This document shows positions 12,550 through 23,939 of a stretch of 64,000 nt of DNA, in pieces. The notes under the pieces are model-generated. The model was not told the DNA's origin. It saw only the letters and a list, made by a program, of their open reading frames with translations, and made no database searches. The position numbers and the translations under genes are program-made. Location: positions 25,854,001 through 25,918,000 of the forward strand of contig NC_087258.1 in the NCBI RefSeq assembly GCF_037042905.1, given 5' to 3'. Source of the stretch: Lytechinus pictus (taxonomy: Eukaryota). Each line of letters begins with the position of its first letter. Position 1 is the first letter of the stretch.

Positions 12550-13595
12550 ATATACATACATCACCTTGGTGGAGAATGGCAAACTAGCAAATAAGGAATA
12601 AGGTAAGCACAAGGGTAGGGGCGGCGCCGGGGTATTATGGCAGGGGGTGGCAATTGAATAGTACTGTTGTGTTACACAATCTATTTACCTCTTTCTCCCT
12701 TTTTCTATATTTTTGCTCTTTTCCAGTTATCTTTCACTATTTGGAAATCATGGAGGGGGGGGGGGGGGAGGGGGGGGGGGCGATCGACCCTACCTCAGAA
12801 CACCGCCCCTACACAATTTAAATCGATGAAAAAAAAACCTTGAACTAAGCAATGATTTAATGATTCCCAGCAGGCGGTCAACTCTTAATGAGTTCGGAAA
12901 CATCTTAATCTCATAATATATAGATTCCATAGTACTTTCCCGTTGTCCACAGCATTCATCTGAATTTGTTGATATATCCACCGAGCTGAATTAATATTAG
13001 CTTTCACTGTTCACTCTTAGATAAATATGGTCAATTGATATACATCCTAAATCGAGATCGTTTAACCGAAGATTTATTTACTCTTTACCTGTAGGCCGGC
13101 AGAAAAAATGGAACCTGATTATGATGATAGGTCTTTTACCGTGGTGACGTAAAACTATTGATATTTTAGAGGAGGAGCATGGATATTGGCTGAGAATGAA
13201 ATGCCTATACCATCTTGAACCTTCTTATTCATCGTATGAAAAATCTTCCATTATGCAAATATTAGTAAGCATATTATAATACCGATGAGCCCCCCCCCAA
13301 AAAAAAAAAAAAAATAATAAAAAAGGAAGAAGTGAATTTAGACTGAATTAGGAGTTAATGTGCAATTGAATATTATTTCTTTGAAAGCAAGCGCAAGCAG
13401 GTAAACTCGTTCAAAGTACTGCACCAGGTTGGCCAAAAATATTTCTTTTAATTAACAATTTGTTATGAGCAGCCTGTCAAAATCTAAACGAATTGCAAAT
13501 ACAGCCGTGCGATGATAACCCGTCCATCATTTCCTAATCACAAAGATAATAAATAATCATTTATAGGTGTAAATATTCACGTATGAGTGGTACGC

Positions 13596-13928
13596 GAGGT
13601 GTGGTGGTGTCGCGGTTCTGACTCTCGCCTTTCAATCAGAGGGTCGTGGGTTCGAATCCCAACCGACGCTAGCGTCCTTTGGCAAGACGTTGATTTGCAT
13701 TTGCCACTCTCCACCCAGGTGTTAATTGGGTACCCGGCAGGATGCGAAAGCTACTGTATGTTTGAATTTGCTAGCGCCTTTTGAGGCTGCGATGAATGCA
13801 AGTGGAAATTGTGCACTTTCTTGCGGGATTGAAATGAATCCAATGACAGGTGTAATAATATGCTGGAAAGCACTTTGAGCTGTATTTGGGAAAAGCGCTA
13901 TATAAAAACTGGCTATTATTATTATTAT
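13596..13928 (+). mobile_element. tRNA-derived SINE with conserved core and L2-type tail
   Basis: A-box-like TGGTGTCGCGG, B box GGTTCGAATCC, core CCACTCTCCACCCAGGTG...GGGTACC, tail AAGCGCTATATAAA...(ATT)n, and a TACGC direct repeat on both flanks. Confidence 0.9.
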
Positions 13929-14629
13929 TACGCACTTATTCCCTCAAACATGTATTTCTCATCGATTTGGATCACTCAGTATGTTTTTTGAAGTCATTGT
14001 TGAATTAAAAATGATTACTCCAACTTTGCTCTAACCAAAACCCATCCTTCAAGAATGAAATGTAATGTACTAATCTAAACCACCTCATTGGAATAATGAT
14101 AGATTATAAAGATTTACATTTTGGTAAAACTACATTCTGTAAAGTTTCAATGCATAATTTTTGTTTATTAATATTAATGGTATATATTTAAAAAGGGTTT
14201 CGCTAACCTCCAAAATTGCTGGGTATTTAAATAAAAAAAATATATCTACAATTGCATTTTGGAATTATGAAGCTTTATAACCAGCTTAATCAACCTAAGT
14301 GGACACAATCACAGCTATAATTATTATGAAAACACAGAAGTCTGATATGTTTAATGTATTATCATGGTAACGACTATCCATGTAATAAAAACAATAATAT
14401 CGATGATAACATCAATAAATTTCATTACTTGTTTGTTTGATTTATGGCCTGTATGATCAACGCAGAAAAGACCCTCCTCACCTCGCCCCCTAATGGAATG
14501 CTTCAAATGTTGGGCCCATTTTTTTGCGTACTGATGTTCATAATCCTTCCAGTAAGGATCACTGGTATTCTGTGATCTTGGTGTGTGTGTTTTTTTAAAT
14601 TATTATTACAATATAAACTCCTTAAATGT

Positions 14630-15030
14630 ACATAAACCACCCTTTTGCACATTTATAAAAATAAAAATTAAGAATAAAGGACACTATAAACAAAATATAT
14701 GTTTTTCGGTTACTATGGCAACCAATTAAATGAGTTTTGAATTAAAAAAATAAAAAAATCTCTGATTCTCACACATTCAAAATGCTGTTACTTTTGTCTT
14801 TTATGTTACTTCCCCGTCTTTTTCAGAATTATATATATGGTCTTGAAGACTTGCGGACCGGGGACGTCCCCGGTTGTATAGGACGTCCCTAATTGGTCAG
14901 TAGAAGCAGGATAATACAGTTTTACAAACACCCTTACACACGCATACATGTAATTGGAGCGTTCCTTCTTATTGCAAAGTAGTGTGTGTGCCATTGGTGC
15001 GTTTGTGAGTAAATGTGCTTTTTGAGTGTG
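14630..15030 (+). repeat. Left arm of a ~400-bp inverted repeat (partner 17870-18285)
   Basis: TTACTTCCCCGTCTTTTTTCAGAATTAT...GGTCTTGAAGACTTG...GGGACGTCCCCGG.TGTATAGGACGTCCCTA is the reverse complement of about 18017-18112. Confidence 0.85.
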
Positions 15031-15951
15031 GATGAGATGTGCGTTAGAAAAAAGGACAATATTAATATTAGTATTGCTTCCCCCTGCATGTTGGATCCGT
15101 TAATCTCTAAAAAACCTGATTGTATTGCTTTTGAACATGCAATGGGGGACATTAATCATTCAGATTTCACTTGCAGTAAGTGTTCAATTATTAAATGAAT
15201 GTGGTAGTTAGGTCGACCTGATTATCTCTATAGTGCTCATAAACAAAACTGGTGTGAATAGTATAGTTCAATCTGACCATCGTGAGCTTTAGTCATGTGG
15301 ATTGGACTGAAGCTTTTTTGATCTTTTTGTGGCAGTTGCTCATTCTACAGTTACACCTACGAAACCGATTACAAATCGACAAAATCTACAATTTTATTAC
15401 CACTAACAATCCATTGGTCTATTTGGAGTCAGTTTCGTTGATGTGACAGTAACATAAATTATTTAAGATATGTAGCACATTTGTGGACTGGAGAATGGTA
15501 ACATAATCAATAATTTTTTTTTACATTTTTTAAAATTTTTAATTCTTATTTTATTATTATTTTTTTGGTGGGAGGGGGGATATTTTCAGTGAAAATTTGG
15601 ATTTAAGGTAGAAAAGTGATATCATCCTCATTTTTACTCACAATTTACATTTTTGTTACCATGGTTATGAAGAAAATAAAATGCTGTATTGTTCTCGAGA
15701 AAAAAAAATCGCTACTGTTGAACAACAGTATTTGTTTATTCTTAAAAAATATAAAAGGTAATATGAATTAATGTTTAAATGAAAGTTATACCTTTATATT
15801 ATGAATGACAAAATAATTGCGTTTACAATGAATCAGAATATCACTAATTTCAATAATGGATATTACTTCCATATTTTAGACATCTGTTTTTACGTGTAAC
15901 TTCTCATTCATAATAAATGAAATTGCGCATTCCAAAATATGGAAAAAAAAA

Positions 15952-16297
15952 ATGATTGTCTTCAAAGGTCTTAATGGTCAGGCCCCTCGTTGTATCTCAG
16001 ACCTCTTGAAATCAAAATCCCGATCTCATGACCATCAGCTTCGTAGCTCACAAGATACACTCACACTGCAAGTACCCTCACACAAGACTAAAGCAACACT
16101 AGGCGATTTCTTATATCAGCCCCACAATTATGGAACAAACTTCCCCTCGGCATTAGGAATTCAACAAATTTACATAATTTCAAATTAAAATTAAAAACTC
16201 ATCTATTCCAGTAGTATGTAAGGATCTGGGAAGCTCTTGCAGCGCAATAGAATATATAGAAATAGTTTTGCGCTATATAAATGCATATTATTATTAT
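15952..16297 (+). mobile_element. L2-type LINE 3' fragment
   Basis: Degenerate ORF2 C-terminus (FKGLNGQAP..ISDLL..LRSS, frameshifted WN.LP, LKTHLF*), then GCGCAA...TTGCGCTATATAAAT and (ATT)n. Confidence 0.8.
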
Positions 16298-16384
16298 AAT
16301 TGTGATGTTTTAAAGTAAGAGGATAACTTAAGGCCTATTTATATTTCACTGACTCTAAAGTAGATCTGCCCAAATTAAAAATAT

Positions 16385-16640
16385 ACATTTATATTATAAA
16401 ATATTGGGTAAAAGTGCTCCATGATGGTAATTATATGTTCAACCAACATTTGGCATTTCCTATGGGCTTTTTTATTTGTCCAGTGTGATTAAAATTTTGC
16501 TCATTCTAAAGTAATTGCTGCCTATGTTTTAACCTTACTAGACACTATGCTTCTTGCATTGGGTAAAATACTGCCCCAAATTGGTTGGAAACATAATTAC
16601 CCTCGTGTCGGTTAAAATTTTGCCCAATATGTTTACAGTG
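16385..16640. mobile_element. CACTA/EnSpm-like MITE (inverted copy of 20050-20301)
   Basis: Ends TTTACAGTG|TA. The internal sequence is the reverse complement of the 20050 element. Confidence 0.75.
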
Positions 16641-17869
16641 TAGCTTATCAAAAGTAGTACTTTATAAATAACAAGACTTGTTTCTTTCCAATGTCAAAAT
16701 GAAAAGCTGGCTTAAGTATATATATATATATATATAACGATATTACATTCCGCGTGTTGGACATAGATGAGATAAAAGAGGCAAAGTGGTATTATGCATT
16801 GTACTTAGTTCCAACAGAGTTTATTTTGAAGTCCAAATTTTCGACGTTAAACACACGTCTTCTCCAGGGATACAATAAAGCTCACAGTGACAAGAATTGA
16901 AATAATAACATTCATGATTATGGTGGTCATGGAACCGCGCACAAAACAGCATCACCATCATGACAAAAAAAAAAAAAACATACTGGAGGCGCAGGCGGTA
17001 AAAAAAATATCGCGCAAGTGAGGACATCATTGTTATGTCACAATCACTTGTTATGACGTCACCACAATTATGAAAGTGCAAGAATAGAAAGGATAAAGGC
17101 TTACATATCAAGAAAATAATTTTCGATAAAAGGAGGTGACAATGACCTCCCAAATATATATATATATATATATATATACGATGTGTTCGATCCTAATGTT
17201 TTTTTTAATCATTATCTTTATAACTTTTTAACAGATTATACTTACCTATAAATTGCACAGACAGATTTTGACAGGGCGAATAGTGTAAGTCTTTTTTTTT
17301 GACCGAATTAGAGGTATTATTCGTAAAGAAACTCGAATTAATAACTTTCGCAGTGACCAACTCCTTAGTCACTTCGGTTTGTTTAACCGGGTCAATAGTT
17401 ATCTTTTCGTGAAACTGTTCAAAGAAAGTCTTTCGCAGTAACCGACTCATCAAATAAGTATTATTGCTTTAAGCGGAGGCAGTAATCTTGGTAAAGAAAC
17501 TCTTGAAAAAGCTCTAAGCAAAACCTTCACAGTGACCGACTCCTAAATCCATTCGTTTATCTGAGACAGATGTAAACTTAAAAAGCTGGAACCAATAAAT
17601 GTTGCAGGGACTGACTCCGATTGACTGTAGTCCGTTGTTGCGTCTTCATAAATACACCATAAGAAAGCTGACAAGTCTATTTCGGAATCAACTTTATCGA
17701 ATGTAATCAGAAAGTCGACTGTCATGGTTTCTGATTCAAACTGGGTATTTTATCTGTTTGGATGATGAATGACTTTGAAATGAGTGAAGCTACCCCGGAA
17801 TCATAAAAAAACTATGGATTACATATTTGATTGTAATGCGTCTGCGAAATCATCCTCGCACGCACGCAC

Positions 17870-18285
17870 ACTCGCAGAGCACATTTACTCACACGCGCAC
17901 CAATGGAACGCACACCTCTTTGCACTCAGAAGGAACGCTCCAATTTCATGTATGTGTGTGTAAGGGTTCGTAAACCTGTAATATCCTACTTCTGATAAAT
18001 TTTTTAAAACTTTTTTACTGACCAACTAGGGACGTCCTATACAGCCGGGGACGTCCCGGTCAACAAGTCTTCAAGACCATATGCATAATTCTGAAAAAAG
18101 ACGGGGAAGTAACACAAAAGTAACCGCATTTTGAATGCATGAGAATCAGAGATTATTTTTATTTTATTAAAACTCATTTCATTGGTTGCTATAGTAACCG
18201 AACAACAAATAATATTGTTTTAAATATTTTTTACGGTGTCGTTTAATTTCATTTCTTATAAATTTGCAACAGAGTGGGTGAAGAT
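17870..18285 (-). repeat. Right arm of the inverted repeat (partner 14630-15030)
   Basis: Reverse-complement match to the left arm. Confidence 0.85.
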
Positions 18286-19104
18286 GTTTTTTTCCTTCTG
18301 CGAAAGGTTTACTATACATCTTTGGGCGCTATTTCCACACTCATTACACAAAGGGGCATTGGGGTATTCGCCCCCCGTCGTAGCAGTTGCCCCCCTGATG
18401 TTCGGAAAATTGAAGAAAAACGAGTAATTTGACTACCCATTCTCCTGGGGCAGTAATCTAAATATAACCAAGGTAGAATATTGTTTTATGTCCTCATGAA
18501 AAAAAAAGTAATATGAAGTAAAACCTTTGAACCCCCGACATTTTAGCCATTTTATGTATTGGAGTACATGGAAAAGTAGTCCTTGCCTAACATATATGAC
18601 CAATTTGAAGTATCCATGGGTATAATGATTACTATTTTTTTTTAAACAAGTTTTAGAAGTTCAGAAATTGTTCAAATTTTCACTTATTAGCTTGTCTCAT
18701 TTTTCTTTTTCCTCTAAAAACAAGTTTTTATTTGGATTGGATTATAAAATTATTAATGAATTGTTAAGTTTGGACAGTAATTCGATTCTAGCCATTGAGA
18801 TGAGTACCTTTATCGAAATTCCATTGAATATAGAAAGTCTATTAAATTATAAGCACCATGCTCATTCCTTACTTCCTAACCAAAATCATAAAAAGCGCAT
18901 CGCTTATTTATCCTTATTCCTTTCACGATGCTGATGGCGAATTTGGCTACCTAGGTATAGGGGGGGGGGGGGGCTCCAGTATATATATACTTTTTTTTTT
19001 GGGGGGGGGGGAAGGGTGGGCCGTGATAAGATTACAAGATTACAAGGATAATATAGAGGTAATATAAAATTAAAGGACTAAATCCTCTCTTATAAATTTT
19101 CTTT

Positions 19105-19500
19105 TATTTCATTTCATTTCATTTCATTTCATTTCATTTCGTTTATTTCCATTTTCAACAATTACAGTTTATTTTGTACATTTTAACATATAAATAACAA
19201 AACATATTTCAAGTATTCCTGTACAAAAATTATATTCAAGATTATTACATATCAGGTTGGATATGGAGGAGGCTGCTAAAAAGCGGAGCTTGTAGAGTGC
19301 AGCCTCCTAATAAATATTCTTGTAGTTGCATAGCATATAAAAATCAAAATAACAACTTGAGCATGAACCAGTTAAATTTAAAGGAAATAGGGGAAATTGA
19401 AATAGAAAAGGAAATAAGAAAAAGAGAGATTAAAGGTCTCCAGAAACCAGCCCCAGCACTCACAGACGGACCTCGTTCCTCCCTACTATTCTCTTCTTTT
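19105..19500 (-). mobile_element. LINE 3' UTR fragment with (GAAAT)n tail
   Basis: (ATTTC)n at about 19106-19140, and hairpin AGGAGGCTGC/GCAGCCTCCT (19267-19308) with the same loop motif as the 1-2786 LINE. Confidence 0.75.
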
Positions 19501-20049
19501 ATTTTTACTAAAAAATAGGGAGGGTGGTCGCCCTCTGCACGCCCCCCTGTAGCACCGCCCTGCCTAAGTGCTAATGGAATAGATTTTCTTTGTGTCTCTC
19601 TTTCCATTTGATTCAACATTAATGAATGTCGCTTGTGACGTTTTCCAAATATTATATTCAAGAACGAGTGATCTACCTTCATCAATAGTGTTTTTAACCC
19701 CCACAATAAATCAGCACTTAAAAATAACGTTCACTTATTGATAATCATATCCAAGACAGCTTGTCCTAATTGGGTCTGAAACTGGTAGAAAATGAAACAG
19801 ATCAGACGATTCCTTTCTGAAGATGCTTACAATATTGAATTGCTTAGTTGATATTTAACTTAGTACATTTGAACATTTTATCGTGTATTATTGTGTACGG
19901 TTTTCTATTAAAAAAGTATTAGCGCTATGTGATGGCCAGAATTTGTCTGAAACACTGAGTGGGGATACCTTGAACAAATATGCTTATATATGATATAATA
20001 TTATAAACTATCCTTCACATCCAAACCCTCCCCAGACCATTCTCAACTA

Positions 20050-20301
20050 CACTGTAAAAATATTGGGTAAAATTTGTACCACTACGAGGGCAATTATGTG
20101 TCCAACCAATTTGCGGCAGTATTTTACCCAATGCGGGAAGCATAATTGTCCAGTAAGGTTAAAAATTAAGCAGTAATTACTTTAGAATGGGCAAAATTTT
20201 CATCACACTGGATAAATAAAAATGCCCAAAGAAATTGCCAATTTCGGTTGGACACATAACTACCCTCATGGAGCACTTGTACCCAACATCTTTTTAGAGT
20301 G
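20050..20301. mobile_element. CACTA/EnSpm-like MITE
   Basis: TA|CACTGTAAAAA ... TTTTTAGAGTG|TA. Confidence 0.85.
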
Positions 20302-20606
20302 TACATCTATAAGCCGTGCCAGTACGTTGTTCCGTTCCCACTAAGTTGAAAATCGTTCTTCTCAATACATTTTGCCAGAATATAGTATATGAACTATTTT
20401 GTTTTGAATTGGATATCATAACTGTAGAGCTCCACATCCGGCCTAGTCAACGTTATATATATTGTATACTGTTGCTAAACCCATTAATTCTCTTTTTACA
20501 GAAAACTTGAGCTCGATTTTCTGACATTTCACAGAGGGTAATGACGTATAGTTTGGTAGGATGGCTTAAGAACCACCACCCCTTCAATGTTGGCTCGCAT
20601 TTAGAA

Positions 20607-20743
20607 TGGGGCTTTATCAAAGTTTGATGGTATAATAACGGTTAAAACCTACTGAAATCCTTCAATCCGATTGGCTGATAGTAAATTTGTGATAGCAAAT
20701 GTGCGTTTGTTATCATAAAAAGTCTTTGTGAAATGGGGCCCTG
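20607..20743. mobile_element. Degraded Harbinger-like MITE
   Basis: GGGGCTTTATCAAAG ... CTTTGTGAAATGGGGCCCTG with an internal CAATCCGATTGG. Confidence 0.5.
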
Positions 20744-21544
20744 CTTTCTGCGTACGATGCGTGATTCAGACGAAATCATTCAATTTCAAGTAAAGTGGTG
20801 CCGCTTAGAATGCCATCTGAAAGCTAGCTAGAAAGCGATTGTAGGCTTTTAAGCACCACTTAAAAGTGGTGCTTTTATAGCTAACCCGATATGACGGGGA
20901 TAATTGTGGCAGTTGACATCCCATCGCGATGAAAATGCGGTCGTCCATCATGAATTATTTATTTTACTCTGTAGTAGTATTTATTTTTAATACACCTTGA
21001 TTGGATTTTGCATATTTCATCAGGGTTATATAGAATCAGAATGATTTTCATAGGTGGAGAAAGCTATATAAATCTGTATTTATTTATACCGTTGATGCAG
21101 TCTACAAAAAATCTTTACCGTAGATTGCTTGAGCGGTTCGGCATGAGCTAAGTTGAGCTTCAACAGACGGGTTGAAAATTTATTTCAGTTTGATTACACC
21201 CATTTGATCAATCTCTCACAGATTAAAAATAACCATTATGATTGACGTTCAACATGATGGATGATAAGGCAAGCTATACAATACATTCGTGTGACTGCTT
21301 CAGTATATCTCCAACCGCGCTTGACTCTCCTTCTCACTCGCAGAAGTAGCTGATCCTAATAAGTGGAGGTCTATTTTGAGTTCTATGCAACCTTTTTAGA
21401 GGAAGATTTTACAAAAAAAATCTTTAACGTAGATTGCTTGAGCGGATCGGCATGAGCCGAGATGAGCTTCAAAGAGCCTGTTTTGGTCCTCGATAAAACC
21501 AAGAGGAGCATTTGACATTGCTAGAGACAAATGTTAAAAATGAA

Positions 21545-22729
21545 ATGATGGATTTCGGAAGTGAAAGTCCGGAAATTTCGGCAAGTAGCAAGTTGTTCAA
21601 AAATGAAAGCTTGTCACGTAGCATGGATGCAGGAATTGGAAGTTTGGCAAGTAGCAGTAGCGATGTAGACATGGTAGATAATACGATGGACATGCCTTAC
21701 GAAGTGCAAATCCCGACATACGACCCAAGTCTTGCAGCCTTGTATTACATTCTTCTAGCGATCGCCCCTGTTGCAGTTGTGGGAAATGGACTAACATACA
21801 AAATACTTCGGGATGACAGGAGTGGCTTTGATGATGTCATGAAAAAGATGTTGAACTCGTTAACCGCATCCTATGCTGTTTTCGCCATAGGGGAAGCACT
21901 GGTGTCTCTATTACAGATTGCCCCTTTAGACCTGAACGTGAAAGAAAAGGTGTGTATGTACCAAGCGCCACTGATCTATATGTGTCTCTTTTTGACTATA
22001 AGCTTAACCTGTCTCCTGAACATTAATCGTTACATCACGGTCACAAGACCCCTTCGACATCACCTGATAGTAACAGATCGGAGAGCATCAGTAATGATTG
22101 GAGTGGTCATAGCGAAATCGGTGCTCTTGACCATCCCCATGACACCGTTTCCAGGAACTCCCGCAGAACAACTTCAGAGACACTCCTGTATGCAGAATGA
22201 GGACGGTACTAAGGGCAGTTACTATCTTATATTCTTGATTGCCTACGTAGTCCTAGGCGCTGGTGTAACAATCATCTCGACAGTCCGGCTGTTGGGTATT
22301 TCCAGAAGGCAGTCGAAAGCCATTGCAGGTTTTCGCAAACATACTGGTAATGTGGTCTCCAGTTCGGGAGGAACCAAAGTCACCGGCCAGAGCATACAGA
22401 CCGTCAACACATCAGCTAGTAATTCAAACTCAGATGGAAGCGACGAAGTGGCTAATATCACGAAGAAGCAGCATTCTCGAAACAGGAGAGCTTTCTTGAC
22501 CATCTTCACCCTAAATATTGTGGTCATTTTCTCATGGATCCCTTTGATTATCTTCTACATCCTTGCCTTTGGTGGTGTCAAGGTTTCACCAATCTTGAAG
22601 TGCATTATGATGATCTCTATCATGTCAACAACATGCTGGCATTGGCTGATTTATATCACGACCAACAAGGTGTTTCGTGAAACAACCCTGTCCATCCTCA
22701 AGAAGTTCCGGGCCAATCTATCCTGGTAG
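21545..22729 (+). CDS. Orphan class-A (rhodopsin-like) GPCR, paralog 1; single-exon CDS
   Basis: Seven hydrophobic segments, GN in TM1, Cys at top of TM3, NRYITVTRPLRH, SWIP in TM6, and helix-8 NKVFRE. First ATG is at 21545; a downstream Met is possible. Confidence 0.88.
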   Translation: MMDFGSESPEISASSKLFKNESLSRSMDAGIGSLASSSSDVDMVDNTMDMPYEVQIPTYDPSLAALYYILLAIAPVAVVGNGLTYKILRDDRSGFDDVMKKMLNSLTASYAVFAIGEALVSLLQIAPLDLNVKEKVCMYQAPLIYMCLFLTISLTCLLNINRYITVTRPLRHHLIVTDRRASVMIGVVIAKSVLLTIPMTPFPGTPAEQLQRHSCMQNEDGTKGSYYLIFLIAYVVLGAGVTIISTVRLLGISRRQSKAIAGFRKHTGNVVSSSGGTKVTGQSIQTVNTSASNSNSDGSDEVANITKKQHSRNRRAFLTIFTLNIVVIFSWIPLIIFYILAFGGVKVSPILKCIMMISIMSTTCWHWLIYITTNKVFRETTLSILKKFRANLSW

Positions 22730-22869
22730 TACAGACGTAGGAATCGGTTGTTTTCGTTGGTGTGTCAGTAAAAAAAAAAGTTCTCCTATCGTACGACGTA
22801 CATGTTTGTATACATATATACGGGACATATGGGGCATTTTTTGGCGTCTGAATTATTTTCACTTAACAA

Positions 22870-23156
22870 CATGGCCCTGGGAAGCGGGATGCTAGGGGTG
22901 CTGAAGCACCTCGAAAGATTTTCCCAGGGGTGCTGCGTGTATTATTCTCCATAGCCAGCACCCCCATGAATTAGGTGTGGCAAATTTGATAAATATAAGG
23001 AAAATGACCAAAATCTTTTAGTTTTACCTATGTTTTTCCTTTTTTGGTCAAATTTCTTGGCACCAAAACTGCCTTCACTTTGTAGTGAAACCCCTTTTTT
23101 GTGCTTGTCAACTTTTCTTCAGCACCCCCACTAAAGGAATCCTTCCAAGGGCCCTG
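22870..23156. mobile_element. hAT-like MITE
   Basis: CATGGCCCTGGGAAG ... CTTCCAAGGGCCCTG, with 8-bp flanks CTTAACAA / CTTAATAA. A related partial copy lies at about 51009-51330. Confidence 0.75.
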
Positions 23157-23349
23157 CTTAATAATCACGATGATGATAATGATGACAATAATGATGATAC
23201 TACTACTGCTATTTAATTTTTTTTATTACAACCATGGAGCTACTAGCTCCATGATGCAACATATACATCGTCTCATATGACCATGAGCTGGACGGTGTGA
23301 GAGGGGGCACGGCTGCTTTCTTCTCCTGACGCTTCAATCTGCAGCAGAA

Positions 23350-23714
23350 TATAAAAAGTCAGCGGCTGCGCCAGTGTATTTCTGTAAGAAGAGAAAAAAA
23401 TGTGCTCCCCACATTAGCCACATTCATGTTTGACTGGGTACTTATCGCGGAGCAAAGCTTCACCTTTTTAATGTAATAATCAGTTTCCTTTTACCTTCAA
23501 TGAACCAAGTGCCCCCGTTCTTCTTTGACTACTGGAAGCTAATTAGGTATAAGTTGTATTTTTCTGTCTCTCTTTCAAGTCCGTTGAACATTGAAGATTC
23601 GATCAACATTCGAAATTCGAGCAATTTAAAATGATACCGATAGTTTGACGTGAAATCGCCATAAAGTAATTAGGTTGCTAACCCATCGTAATGAACTTGC
23701 TTTCTTTTCTTTAG
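23350..23714 (+). promoter_or_regulatory. Putative TATA box, non-coding first exon and 5'-UTR intron (23547-23714) of GPCR paralog 2
   Basis: TATAAAAAG near 23350, donor AG|GTATAA at 23547, branch-like GCTAAC near 23677, and acceptor TTTCTTTTCTTTAG at 23714. Confidence 0.4.
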
Positions 23715-23939
23715 GACGGTCAATAAAAGGGTTGCAAATTCATTTCAGTTTGCTTATCCCCATTTGATCAATCTCTCACATATTAAAAATAAACATTATG
23801 ATTGACGGTGAACATAATGGATGATAAGGCTCGCTATACATTCGTGTGGCTGCTTCAATATATCTCCAACCGCGCTTGAATCTCCTTCTCACTCGCAGAA
23901 CTAGCTGATCCTAATAAGTGGAGGTCTATTTTGAGTTCT

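Noticed and set aside
12790-13140. Candidate upstream exon(s) of the PRRT-like gene (donor-like CAG|GTAAAG near 13088)
   Set aside because: Splice-like signals alone are insufficient, and no convincing coding or signal-peptide sequence was found.
13596-13670. tRNA gene
   Set aside because: It has A/B boxes but no proper acceptor-stem closure, and it runs into a SINE core and (ATT)n tail with a TSD.
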